A stretch of DNA of 64,000 nucleotides from the human T2T-CHM13v2.0 reference genome, Homo sapiens. The position numbers and the translations under genes were made by a program. The first letter of the stretch is position 1. The number at the start of each line of letters is the position of its first letter. The notes under the pieces were generated by a model. It ran no database searches. It had not been told where the DNA came from and saw only the letters and a program-made list of their open reading frames with translations. Shown here piece after piece: positions 25,001 to 42,701 of the stretch. Location: the NCBI RefSeq assembly GCF_009914755.1, contig NC_060947.1, one strand, 5' to 3'.

Positions 25001-28000
25001 AGGTGTAATTCTGTGAGATGAATGCACACATCCCAAAGCCTTTTTTCAGATATCTTCTTTCTCTGTTTTATCCTGAGATATTCACTTTTTTGCCATTGGA
25101 CTCAATGAGCTCTGAAATGTCCATTCACAGAATTGAAAACAAGTGTGTTATCAAATGCTCAATCCAAAGAAATGTTTAACTGTGAAATGAATGCACACAT
25201 CCAAAGCAGTTTCTCATTAAGCTTCTTTCTAGTTTTTATCTGAAGATATTTTCTTTTTGACCATTGGTCTCCAATGTGCTGCAAAATATCTATCACAGAT
25301 TCTACAAAAACAGTGTTTCAAAACTCCTGATTTAAAAGAAAGGTTTAACTGTGTGAGATGAATGCACCCATCACAAAGCGTTTTCTCAGACAGCTTTCTT
25401 CTAGTTTTCATCTTGGAATATTTGCTTTTTTGACATTGGCCTCAAAGAGATCCAAAATGTCCATTTGCAGAATGGACAAAAACAGTGTTACAAACTGCTG
25501 AATCCAAAGAAAGTTTAAAGTCTGTGAGATGAATGAACACAGCACAAATCAGTTTATCAGAAATCTTCTTTCTAGTATTTATCTGAAGATATTTCCTTTT
25601 TCACCATAGGACTCAATGCACTGCAAGTTATCTATCACAGATACTACAAAAACAATGTTTCCAAACTGCTGAATGAAAATGAAGGTTTAACACTACGAGA
25701 TGAATGCACACATCACAAAGCGTTTTCTCAGATATCTTCCTTCTAGTGGTATATTCACTTTTTCACCATTGGCCTCAATGAGCTCTCAAATGTTCATTCA
25801 CACAATGGACAAAAACACTGTTACCAAACTGCTGAATCCAAAGAAAGTTCAACCCTGTGAGATGAATGCACACATCACAAAGCAGTTTCTCCTTAAGCTT
25901 CTTACTTGTTTTTATCTGAAGATATTTCCTGTTTCACAATAGGCCTCAATGTGCTACAAAATATCTCTTCGCAGATTCTAAAAACAGGGCTTCCAATCTG
26001 CTGAGTGTAAAGAAAGTTTTAACACTGCAAGATGAATGCACACATCACAAAGCATTCTCACAGATATCTTCCTTCTAATTTTATCCTGAGATATTCACTT
26101 TTTCACCATTGGCTTCAATGAGCTCCCAAATATCCAATCACAGAATGGAAAAAGACAGTGTTAGTTAACTGTTGAACCCAAAGAAAAGTTCAACTCTATG
26201 AGATGAAAGCACACATCAAAAAGCAGTCTGTCAGAATGCTTCTTTCTAGTTTTTATCTGAAGATATTTCCTTTTTCACCATAGGCCTCTTTGCACTACAA
26301 AATATCTCTTCGCATATTCAAAGACAACAGTGTTTCCTAACTGCTTAATGAAAAAAAGTTTCAACTCTGTGAGATGAATGCACACATCACAAATCGGTTT
26401 CTCAGATAACTTTCTTCTAGTTTTATCCTGGGATATTCCCTTTTTCACCATTGGCCCCAATGAGCTCCCAAATGTCCATTCACAGAATGGACAAAAACAG
26501 TGTTTCCAAACTGCTGAATCCTAAGAAAGGTTTAACTCTGTGAGATGAATGAGCACAGCACAAATCAGTTTATCAGAAAGCTTCTTTATAGTTTTTATCT
26601 GAAGATATTAACTTTTTCACCATAGACCTCAATGCGCTCCCAATTATCTATCACAGACACTACAAAAACAGTGTTTCCAAACTGCTGAATGAAAAGAAAG
26701 GTTTATCATTATGAGATGAATGAACACATCACACAGCATTTTCTCAGATATCTTCCTTCTAGTTTCTATCATGGTATATTCACTTTTTCACCATTGGCCT
26801 CAATGAGCTCCCAAATGTCCATTCACACAATGTACAAAAACATTGTTACCAAACTGCCGAATCCAAACAATGTTTTAACTCTGTGAGATGAATGCACACA
26901 TCTGAAACCTGTTTCTCATTAAGCCTCTTTCTCGTTTTTATCTGAAGATATTTCCTTTTTCACAATAGGCCTCAATGTGCTACCAAATATCACTTTGCAG
27001 ATTGTACTAAAGTACTTACAAACAGTGGAAAGTAAAGAAAGGTTTAACACTGCTAGATGAATGCACACATCACAAGCATTTTCTCAGATATCTTCCTTCA
27101 AATTTTATCCTGGGATATTCACTTTTTTGCCATTGGTCTCCATGAGCTCCCAAAAGTCCATTCACAGAATGGACAAAGACAGTGTTACCTAGCTGTTGAA
27201 TGCAAAGAAAAGTTGAACTCTGTGAAATGAATGCACATATCAAAAAGCAGTCTGTCAGAAAGGTTCTTTCTAGTTTTTATCTGAAGATATTTCCTTTTTC
27301 ACCATAGGCCCATTTGCGCTACAAAATATTTCTTCGCAGATTCAACGTAAACACTGTTTCCAAACGGCAGAATGAAAAGAAAGTTTTAACACTTTGAGAT
27401 GATTGCACACATCACAAATTGGTTTCTCAGATAAATTTCTTCTAGTTTTTATCCTGGGATATTCACTTTCTCACCATTGGCCTCAATGCGTTCCCAAAGG
27501 TCCATTCAGAGAATTTGAAAAAATAGTATTTCCAAACTGCTGAATCCAAAGAAAGGTTTAACTCTGTGAGAAGAATGAACACATCAGAAAGCAGTCTCTC
27601 AGAAACCTTCTTTATAGTTTTTACCTGAATATATTCCCTTTTTCACCATAGGCCCCAATGTGCTCCCAAATATCACTTCACAGATGGTAGAAATACTTTT
27701 CCAAAACTGCTGAATGAAAAGGAAGGTTTAACTCTTTGAGATTAATGCACACAACATAAACATTTCTCAGATATGTTCCTTCTAGTTTTATACTGGGATA
27801 TTCACTTTGCCACCATTAGCCGCAATGATTTCCCAAATGTGCATTTGCAGAATGGACAAATACAGTGTTTCCAAACTGCTGAAGCCAAAGAAAGCTTTCA
27901 CTCTGTGAGATGAACACACATATCCCAAAGCATTTTCTCAGAAAGCTTCTTTCTAATTTTTATTGGAAAGTATTTCCTTTTTCACCCTATGCCTCAATGC

Positions 28001-30199
28001 GCTATCAAAACCTCTTCACAGAACCTAAGAAAACAGTTTTCAAACTGCTGAATGAGAAGAAGGGTTTGCTCTGTAAGGTGAATGCACACATCACAAATCC
28101 GTTTCTCAGATAATTTCCTTCTAGTTTTTATCCTGGGATATTTGCTTTTTTTGCCATTGGCCTCAATGAATTCCCAAATGTCCATTCGCAGATTGGGTTA
28201 AAACAGTGTTTCAAAACTGCTGAGTCCAAGGAAATATTTAACTCTGTGAGATGAGTGACCACATCGCAAAGCCGTTTCTCAGAAAGCTTTTTTCTAGTTT
28301 TTATCTAAAGATATTTCATTTTTCACCATAGGCCTCAATGCGCTGCTAAATATCCCTTCACAGATTCTATAAAAACAGTGTTTCCAAACTGCTAAATGAA
28401 AAAAAGGTTTAACTCTGCAAGATGAATGAACACATCACAAATCATTTTCTCAGATAACTTCCTTTTAGTTTTTATCCTGGGATATTCACTTTTTTGCCAT
28501 TAGCCTCAATTAATTCCCAAATGTCCATTTGCAGATTCTACAAAAACCGTGTTTCCAAAATGCTGAATGAAAAGAAAGGTTTAACTCTGTGATAAGAATG
28601 AACACATCACAAAGGGGTTTCTCAGGTAGCTTCCTTCTAGTTTTTATCCTGGGCTATTCACTTTTTTGCCATTGGCCTTAATGAGCTCCCAAATGTCCAT
28701 TCGCAGAATGGACAACAACAGTGTTACCAAACTGCTGAATCCAAAGAAATGTTTAACTCTTTGAATGAAAGAACACAGCACAAAGCAGTTTCTCAGAAAG
28801 CACCTTTCTAGTTTTTATCTGAAGATATTTCCACTTTCACTATAGACTTTAATGCGCTCCCCAAATATCCCTTCACAGATTCTACATAAACTGTTTCCAA
28901 ACTCCTCAATGAAAAGAGAGGTTTAATTCTGCATGATGAATGCACCCATCACAAAGCATTTTCTCAGAGAGCTTCCTTCTTTTTGTCTTGTGATATTCTC
29001 TTTTTAGCCATTGGCCTCAATGAGCTCTCAAATGTCCATGTGCAGAAAGGACAAAAATATTGTTACCAAACTACTGATTCCAAAGAAAGATTTAACTCTG
29101 TCAGAGGAATGCACACATCACAAAGCAGATTCTCATTAAGACTCTTTCTAGTTTTTATCTGAAGATCATTTTTTTCTCAACAGGCCTCAATGTGCTACCA
29201 AATATCTCTTTGCAAATTCCAAAAAACTGTGTTTCCAAATGGCTGAATAAAAAGACAGTTTAAACTCTGTGAGATGAATGCACACATCACAAATCAGTTT
29301 CTCAGATAATTTCCGTCTACTTTTTATCCTAGGATATTCACTTTCTCACCATTGGACTCAAGGAGTTCCCAAATGTCCATTAGCAGAATGGACAAAAAGT
29401 CTTTCCAAACTGTTGAATCCAAAGGAAGGTTTAACACTGCAAAATGAGTGAACATGTCAAAAAGCAGTTTCTTAGTAAGCTTCTTTCTAGTTTTTATCTG
29501 AAGGTATTTCCTTTTTCATGATAGGCCTCAATGCACTGCTAAGTATCCTTTTGCAGATTCTACAAAAACAGTGTTTCAAAACTGATGAATGAAAAGAAAG
29601 TTTGAATTCTGTGAGATGAATGCACACATGAAAAACATTTTCTCAAATAGCTTCCTTCTAGTTTTTATCTTGGGATATTTGCTTTTTCGCAATTGGCCTC
29701 ATTGAGTTCCCAAATATCCATTCACAGAATGGACAAAACAGTGTTACATAACTGCTGAATGCAAAGAAACATTTAACTCTGTCAGATGAATGCACACATT
29801 CCAAAGCAGTTTCTCAATAAGTTTCTTTCTAGTTTTTATCTGAAGATATTTCCTTTCTCACCACAGGCCTGAATGTGCTACCAAATATCTCTTCACAGAT
29901 ACTAACAAAACAGTGTTTCCAAACTGCTGAATGAAAAGAAAGGTTTAAATCTGTGAGATGAATGCACACATCACAAAGCGTTTTCTCATGTAAATTCCTT
30001 CTAGATTTTATCCTGGGATATTCTGTTTTTTTTTTTTTTGCCATTGATCTCAATGAGCTCCCAAATGCCCATTCAAAGAATAGACCTAAACAGTGTTTCC
30101 AAACTGCTGAAATGAAAGAACGGTTTAACTCTGTTAGATAAATGAACATATAACAAAGCAGTTTCTCAGAAAGCTTCATTCAAGTTTTTATCTGAAGAC
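7065..30199 (-). repeat. Diverged dimeric alpha satellite, block 2 (reverse orientation)
   Basis: Same monomers as reverse complement (aaaacagtgtttccaaactgctgaat...gtttaactctgtgagatgaatgcacacatcacaaagcagtttctcag), continuous from ~7065 to ...tttatctgaagac at ~30199. Confidence 0.97.
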
Positions 30200-33100
30200 T
30201 GTTGGAAACATTGTTTTTGTCTATTCTGGGAATGGACAATTTGGAGCTCATTGAAGCAATGACGAAAAAGAGTTTATCCCAGTTAAAAACTAGAAGGGAG
30301 ATATCTGAGAAACTGCTTTTTGATGTATACATTCATCTCGCAGTGTTAAAACTTTCTTTTCATCCAGCATTTGGAAACCCAGTTTTTGTCCATTCTGTGA
30401 GCGGGCTTTTGTGAGCTCATTGAGGCCAATGGCAAAAAACTGAATATCCCAGGATAAAAACTAGAAGGAAGATATCTGAGAAAACGTTTTGTGATGTATG
30501 CATTCATCTCACAGTGTTAAAACTTTCTTTTCTTTCAGCTGTTTGGAAACATTTCTTGTGTAGAATCTGTGAAGGGATATTTGGCAGTGCTTTGAGGCCT
30601 ACGGGGAAAAAGGAAATATCTTCCAATAAAAACTAGAAAGAAGTTTTTGGAGAAACTGCTTTGTGATGTGTTCATTCATCTCACAGAATTACAGAATTAA
30701 ACTTTTCTTTGGATTCAGTAGTTTGGAAACCTTGTTTTTGTCCATTTTGTGAACGGACATTTGGGAGCTCTTTGTGGCCAATGGCAAAATTGTTAATATT
30801 ACAGGATTAAAACTAGAAGGAAGTTATCTGAGAAACCGACTTGTGATGTGTGCATTCATCTCACAGATTTAAACCTTTCTTTTCCTTCAGGAGTTTGGAA
30901 CACTGTTTTCTTAGAATCTGAGAAGAGATATTTGGTAACCCAATGAGGCCTATGGTGAAAAAGTAAATATCTTCAGATAAAAACTAGGAAGAACCTTTCT
31001 GAGAGACTACTTTTTGATGTGTTGACAGAGTTAAACTTTCTTTGGGTTCAGCAGTTTGCAAGCACATTTTTTGTCCATTCTGCAAGTGGACATTTGGGAT
31101 CTCATTTAGGCCAATGGTGCAAAAGTGAGTATCCCACGATAAAAGATATAAGGATGATATCTGAGAAAATGCTTTGTGACGTCTGCATCAATCTGGCAGT
31201 GTTAAACCATTCTATTCATTCAGCAGTTTGGAAAAACTTTTTTTTGTAGAATCTGTGAAGTGATATTTGGCAGCGCGTTGAGGCCTATGGTGAAAAACAA
31301 AATATCTTCCGATAAAACCTAGAAAGAAGCTTTATGAGAAACTGCTTTGTGATATGTGCATTTGTCTCATAGTGTTAAAACTTTATTTGGATTCAACAGT
31401 TTGGAAACACTTTTTTTGTCCATTCACAGAATGGACATTTGGGAGATCACTGAGGCCAAAAGTGAAAAAGTGAGTATCCCCGGATAAAAACTAGGAGGAA
31501 AATATCTGAGAAAACTCTTCATGATGTGTGCATTTGTCTCGTAGAGTTAAATTTTTCTTTTCATTCAGCAGTTTGTAAACACTGGTTTTGTAGAATCTGT
31601 GAGGGGATATTTTGGAGCACATTGAGGCCTATGGTGAAAAAGGAAATCTCTTCATAAAAAAAAATTAGAAACATTCTTTCTGTAAAACTGTTTTGTGATG
31701 TGTGCATTCATCTCACAGAGCTAAACCTTTCTTTGGATTCAGCTGTTTGGAAACACTGTTTTTGTGCATGCTGCAAATGGACATTTTTGTGCTCATTATG
31801 GCCAATGGCAATAAAAGCCAATATCCCAGGATACAAACTAGAAGGAGGCTATCTGAGAAACCACTTTGTGATGTGTGCATTCACCTCACAGAGTTAAAAC
31901 TTTGTTTTCATTCAGCAGTTTGGAAATGCTTTTTTTGTAGAATGTGCGAAGGGATATTTGGGAGTGTTTGAGGCCTATGGTGAAAAAGAGAATAGCTTCA
32001 GGTAAGAACTACAAAGAAGCTTTCTGAGAAACTGCTTTGTGATGTGTGCATTTAATCTCAAAGAGGTAAAACTTCCTTTGGATTCAGCAGTTTGAAAACA
32101 CTGTTTTTGTCCATGCTGCAAATGGACATATGGGAGCTCTTTGAGAACAATGGGGAAAAAGATAATATACCAGGAAAAAAGTAGAAGGAAGGATCTAGGA
32201 AACCGCTATGTGGTGTGTGTATTTAGCTCACAGAGTTAAACTGTTCTTTTCATTCAGCAGTTTGGAAACACTGTTTTTTTGAATCTGCAAAGGGATATTT
32301 GGGAGCGCACTGAGGCCTATGGTGTAAAAGAATATATCTTCAGATAAAAAATAGGAAGAAGATTTCTGAGAAACTGCTTTAGAATGTGTGCATTCATCTC
32401 ACAAGATTAAACCTTTCTTTGAAATCAGCAGTTTGGAAACACTGTTTTTGTAGAATCTGTGAAAAGATATTTGGAAGCGCATTGAGGCCTATGGCAAGAA
32501 ATTGAATGTCCCATGATAAAAATTAGAAAGTGATATCTGAGAAACTGCTTTCAGATGTGTGCATTCACCTCACAGAGTTAAACCTTTCTTTTCATTCAGC
32601 TGTTTTGAAAAACTGTTTTTGTAGAATCTGCAAAGAGATATTTGGGAGTGCATTGAGGCTTTTGGTAAAAAAGGAAATATCTTCAGATAAAAACTAAAAA
32701 GATGCTTTCTGAGAAACTATTTTGTGATGTTTCCATTCATATCACAGAGTTAAATCTTTCTTTGGATTCAGCAGTTTGGAAACACTGTTCTTGTCCATTC
32801 TGTGAATGGACATTTGGGAGCTCATTGAGGCCTATGGCAAAAAAGCAAATATCCCAAGATAAAAACTAGGAGGAAGTTATCTGAGAAACCAATTTGTGAT
32901 GTGTGCTTTCTTCTCACAGAGTCATTCTTTTCCTCTCATTCAACAGTTTTTTATACACTGTTTTCTTAGAATCTGCAAAGAGACATTTAGTAGCACATTG
33001 AGGTCTACAGTGAAAAAGGAAATATCTTCAGATAAAAACTAGAAAGAAGCTTTCTGAGAAACTGCTTTAACTGAGTTTAAGCAGTTTAACTGGTTTAAGT

Positions 33101-35485
33101 GAGTTAAACCTTCCTTTTCAGTCAGCAGTTTGGAACAATGTTTTTGTGGAATCTGAGAATGAAGATTTAGGATATCATTGAGGCCAATGGCAAAAAAGTG
33201 AATATCCAAGGATTAAAAGTAGAATGAAGCCCTCTGTCAATCCCCATTGTGATGTGTGCATTTATCTCCCAGAATTAAACTTTTCTTTACATTCAGCAAT
33301 TTGGAAACACTGTTTTTGTAGAATCTGTGAAGGGATATTTGGGAACGCTTTGAGGCCTATGGTGAAAAAGAATACAACTTCAGATAAAAACTAGAAAGAA
33401 TCTTTCTGAGAAACTGCTTTGTGATATTTGCATTCATCTCAAAGAGTTAAACATTTCTTTCAATTCAGCCGTTTGGAAGCACTGGTTTTTTCCTGTGTGT
33501 GAATGGACATTTGGGAGCTCATTGAGGCAAATTGTGAAGGAGAGATTACACCAGGAAAAAAACTAGAAGGAAACTATCTGAGAATCCACTTTGTGATGTG
33601 TGCATTCATCTAGCACAGTTAAACCTTTCCTTTCATTCAGCAGTTTGGAAACACTTTTTGTGGAATCTGTGAAGGGATATTTGGGAGCACATTGAGGCGT
33701 ATGTTAAAAAAGTAAATATCTACAGATAAAAACTAGAAAGAAGCTTTCAGAGAAACTGCTTTGTGATGCTTGCATTCAAATCATGAGTTCAATGTCCTTT
33801 TTCATTCAGCAGTTGGGAAACACTGTTTTTGCCCATGCTGCAAGTGGTCACTTGGGAGCTCATTGTGGCCAATGGCGAAAAAGTGAATATCCCAGCATAA
33901 AAAGTAGAAGGAAGCCATCCAGGAAACCCCTTTGTGATGTGTGCATTTATCTCACAGAGTTAAACATTTCTTTTCATTCGGCAGTTTGGAAACACTCTTT
34001 TTGTTGAATCTGAGAAAGGATATTTGGGAGCGCTTTGAGTCCTACGGTGAAAAAGGAAATATTTTCAAATACAAATTAGAAAGAAGCTTTCTGAGAAACT
34101 GCTTTGTGATGTGGGTGTTCATCTCACAGATTTTAACCATTCTTTGGGTTCAGCAGTTTGGAAACACTGTTTTTGTCCATTCTGTGAATGGACATTTGGG
34201 AGCTCAGTGAGGAAAATGGCAAAAAAGACAACACCCAAAGATAAAAAATATAAGATAGTTATCTGAGAAAACGAATTGTGGTGCGTGCATTCATCTCACA
34301 GAATTAAACCCTTCTTTTCATTCAGCCTTTTGAAAACACTGTTTTTGTGGAATCTGTGAAAGGACAATTGGGAGCACATTGAGGCCTATGGTGAAAAAGG
34401 AAATATCTTCAAACAAAATCTAGAAAGAAGCTTTATGAGAAACTGCTGTGTGATGTGGGTGTTTGTCTCACAGACTTTAACCATTCTTTGGATTCAGCAG
34501 TTTGGAACACTGTTTTTGTCTATTCTGCCATTGGATATTTGGGAGCTAACTGAGGCCATTGAAGAAGAAGCAAATATCCGAGGATAAAAACTAGAAGGAA
34601 GCTATCTCAGAAACTGCTTGGTTGTGTGTGCATTCACCTCACAGAATTAAACCTTTCTTCTCATTCAGCCTTTTGGAAACATTGTTTTCATAGAATATCC
34701 GAAGGGACATTTGGCAGAATGTTGAGTCCTAAGGTGAAAAAGGAAATAAAATCAGATAAAAATAAGAAAGAAAATTTAAGAGAAACTGTTTTGTGATGTG
34801 TATATTCACCTCACAGATGTAAACCTTTCTTTCAATTCAGCAGCCAGGAAATGCTGTTTTTGTAGAATCTGAGAAAGGACATTTTGGAACAAAAGCAAAT
34901 ATCCCAGGATGAAAACTAGAAGGAAGCTATCTAAGAAACCATTTTGTGATGTGTGCATTCATCTCACCGAGTTAAAACTTCCTTTTCATTCTGCCATTTT
35001 GAAATCCTGTTTTCATAGAATTGGCGCAGGGATATTTAGTAGTGCATTGTGGCCTAAGGGGAAATAGGAATTATCTTCAGAAAAAAACTAGAAAGAAGCT
35101 GAGAAACTGCTGTATGATGGTTGCATTCATCTCACAGAGTTAAACTTTTTTTTGGATTCAGCAGTTTGGAAACACTGTTTTTGTCCACTCTGCAAATGGA
35201 CATTTGGGAGCTCAGGGAGGCCAAAGGTGAAAAAGAGAATATCCCAGGATAAAAAATACAAGGAAGTTTTCTGAGAAACCGATTTCTGATGTCGGCATTC
35301 ATTGCACAGAGATAAACCCTTCTTTTCATTCAGCAGTTTGGAAACGCTGTTTTCTTAGAATCTGCAAAGAGATATTTGGCAGTGTGTAGAAGCCTATGGT
35401 GAAAAAGGAAATATCTTCAGATAAAAACTAGAAAGAAGCTTTCTGAGGATCTCCTTTATGCAGTGTTCATTCATGTCAGAGAGTT

Positions 35486-35498
<13 letters not shown>
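30200..35498 (+). repeat. Alpha satellite block 3a (forward)
   Basis: Forward monomers resume at tgttggaaacattgtttttgtctattctgggaatggac and run to the Alu target site. Confidence 0.96.
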
Positions 35499-37582
<2,084 letters not shown>

Positions 37583-37583
37583 T

Positions 37584-38052
37584 CTTACCTAATCAAGCCT
37601 GGGCAATGGCAGGCGCCCCTCCCCCAGCCTTGCTGCCACCTTGCAATTTGATCTCAGACTGCTGTGCTAGCAATCAGTGAGACTCCATGGGCATAGGACA
37701 CTCCAAGCCATGTGTGGGATATAATCTCCTGGTGTGCCGTTTTTTAAGCCTGTTGGAAAAGCACAGTATTAGGGTGGGAGTGACCCGATTTTCCAGGTGC
37801 CGTGTATCACCCCTTTCTTTGAATAGGAAAGGGAACTCCCTGACCCCTTGCTCTTCCCAAGTGAGGCAATGCCTCACCCTGCTTCAGCTTGAGCATGGTG
37901 CGCTGCACCAACTGTCCTGAACCCACTGTCTGGTACTCCCTAGTGAGATGGACCTCATACCTCAGATGGAAATGCAGAAATCACCCGTCTTCTGCGTTGC
38001 TCACACTGGGAGCCATAGATCGGAACCTTTCCTATTCGGCCATCTTGGCTCC
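37584..38052 (-). promoter_or_regulatory. Inverted L1 5'UTR, roughly the first 480 nt (internal Pol II promoter region), with YY1 site at 38038-38047
   Basis: The reverse complement reads ggagccaagatggccgaataggaa...cagaagacgggtgatttctgcatttccatctgagg...gattgctagcacagcagtctgagatcaa...cccaggcttgattaggtaa, the L1PA 5' end. The YY1 motif caagatggcc is intact, but many CpGs have decayed. Activity is not shown. Confidence 0.88.
37606..37920 (+). pseudogene. ORF0: L1 ORF0 remnant with premature stop
   Basis: ATG at 37606 gives MAGAPPPALLPPCNLISDCCASNQ* with TGA at 37678-37680 (CGA>TGA). The in-frame downstream ORF 37687-37920 contains ORF0-like GYNLLVCRFLS...IRVGVTRFSRC. Confidence 0.8.
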
Positions 38053-38509
38053 CAATCTAGCAAGGCAGGCCAACATTCAGATTCAGGAAATACAGAGAAT
38101 GCCACAAAGATACTCCTCGAGAAGAGCAACTCCAAGATGCATAATTGTCAGATTCACCAAAGCTGAAATGAAGAAAAAAATGTGAAGGGTAGCCAGAGAG
38201 AAAGGTCGGGTTACCCACAAAGGGAAGCCCATCAGACTAACAGCGGATCTCTTGGCAGAAACTCTACAAGCCAGAAGAGAGTGGGGGCCAATATTCAACA
38301 TTCTTAAAGAAAAGAAATTTCAATCCAGGATTTCATATCCAGCCAACCTAAGCTTCATAAGTGAAGGAGAAATAAAATACTTTACAGACAAGCAAATGCT
38401 GAGAGATTTCATCACCACCAGGCCTGCCCTAAAAGAGCTCCTGAAGGAAGCACTAAACATGGAAAGGAACAACCGGTAACAGCCACTGCAAAAACATGCC
38501 AAAATGTAA
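38051..38509 (+). pseudogene. L1 ORF1: L1 ORF1p C-terminal remnant (part of RRM plus CTD)
   Basis: PNLARQANIQIQEIQRMPQRYSSRRATPR... and AETLQARREWGPIFNILKEK...KEALNMERNNR. The 5' part is missing. Premature stops at 38183-38185 and 38477-38479; native stop at 38507-38509. Confidence 0.93.
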
Positions 38510-38573
38510 AGACCATGAAGGCTAGGAAGAAAACTGCATCAACTAATGAGGAAAATTAACAACTAACATCAAA

Positions 38574-42392
<3,819 letters not shown>

Positions 42393-42623
42393 ATAATGAG
42401 AACACATGGACACAGGAAGGGGAACATCACACTCTGGGGACTGTTGTGGGGTGCGGGTAGGGGGGAGGGATAGCATTAGGAGATGTACCTAATGCTAAAT
42501 GACGAGTTAATGGGTGCAGCACACCAACATGGCACATGTATACATATGTATAAAACCTGCACATTGTGCACATGTACCCTAAAACTTAAAGTATTATAAC
42601 AAAAAAATAAAATTTAAAAAAAA

Positions 42624-42688
42624 GAGGGAAGATCTCATGTTAAGTGGTTTTACAATGAAATTGTAAAAAAATTAAATAAAAAAGCAGC
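42624..42688 (+). other. Putative 3'-transduced segment between two A-tails
   Basis: gagggaagatctcatgttaagtggttttacaatgaaattg...aataaaaaagcagc is neither L1PA nor alpha satellite. It lies after the first A-tail (42601-42623) and before the second A-tail (42689-42699) and the TSD. AATAAA is at 42675-42680. Confidence 0.8.
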
Positions 42689-42701
42689 AAAAAAAAAAAT
42701 A

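Noticed and set aside
30683-30698. Micro-duplications (acagaatt x2; also ~47822, ~50157, ~57212-57240)
   Set aside because: These are ordinary slippage events in diverged satellite.
42436-42470. G-rich, G-quadruplex-capable tract
   Set aside because: This is the known polypurine tract of the L1PA 3'UTR.
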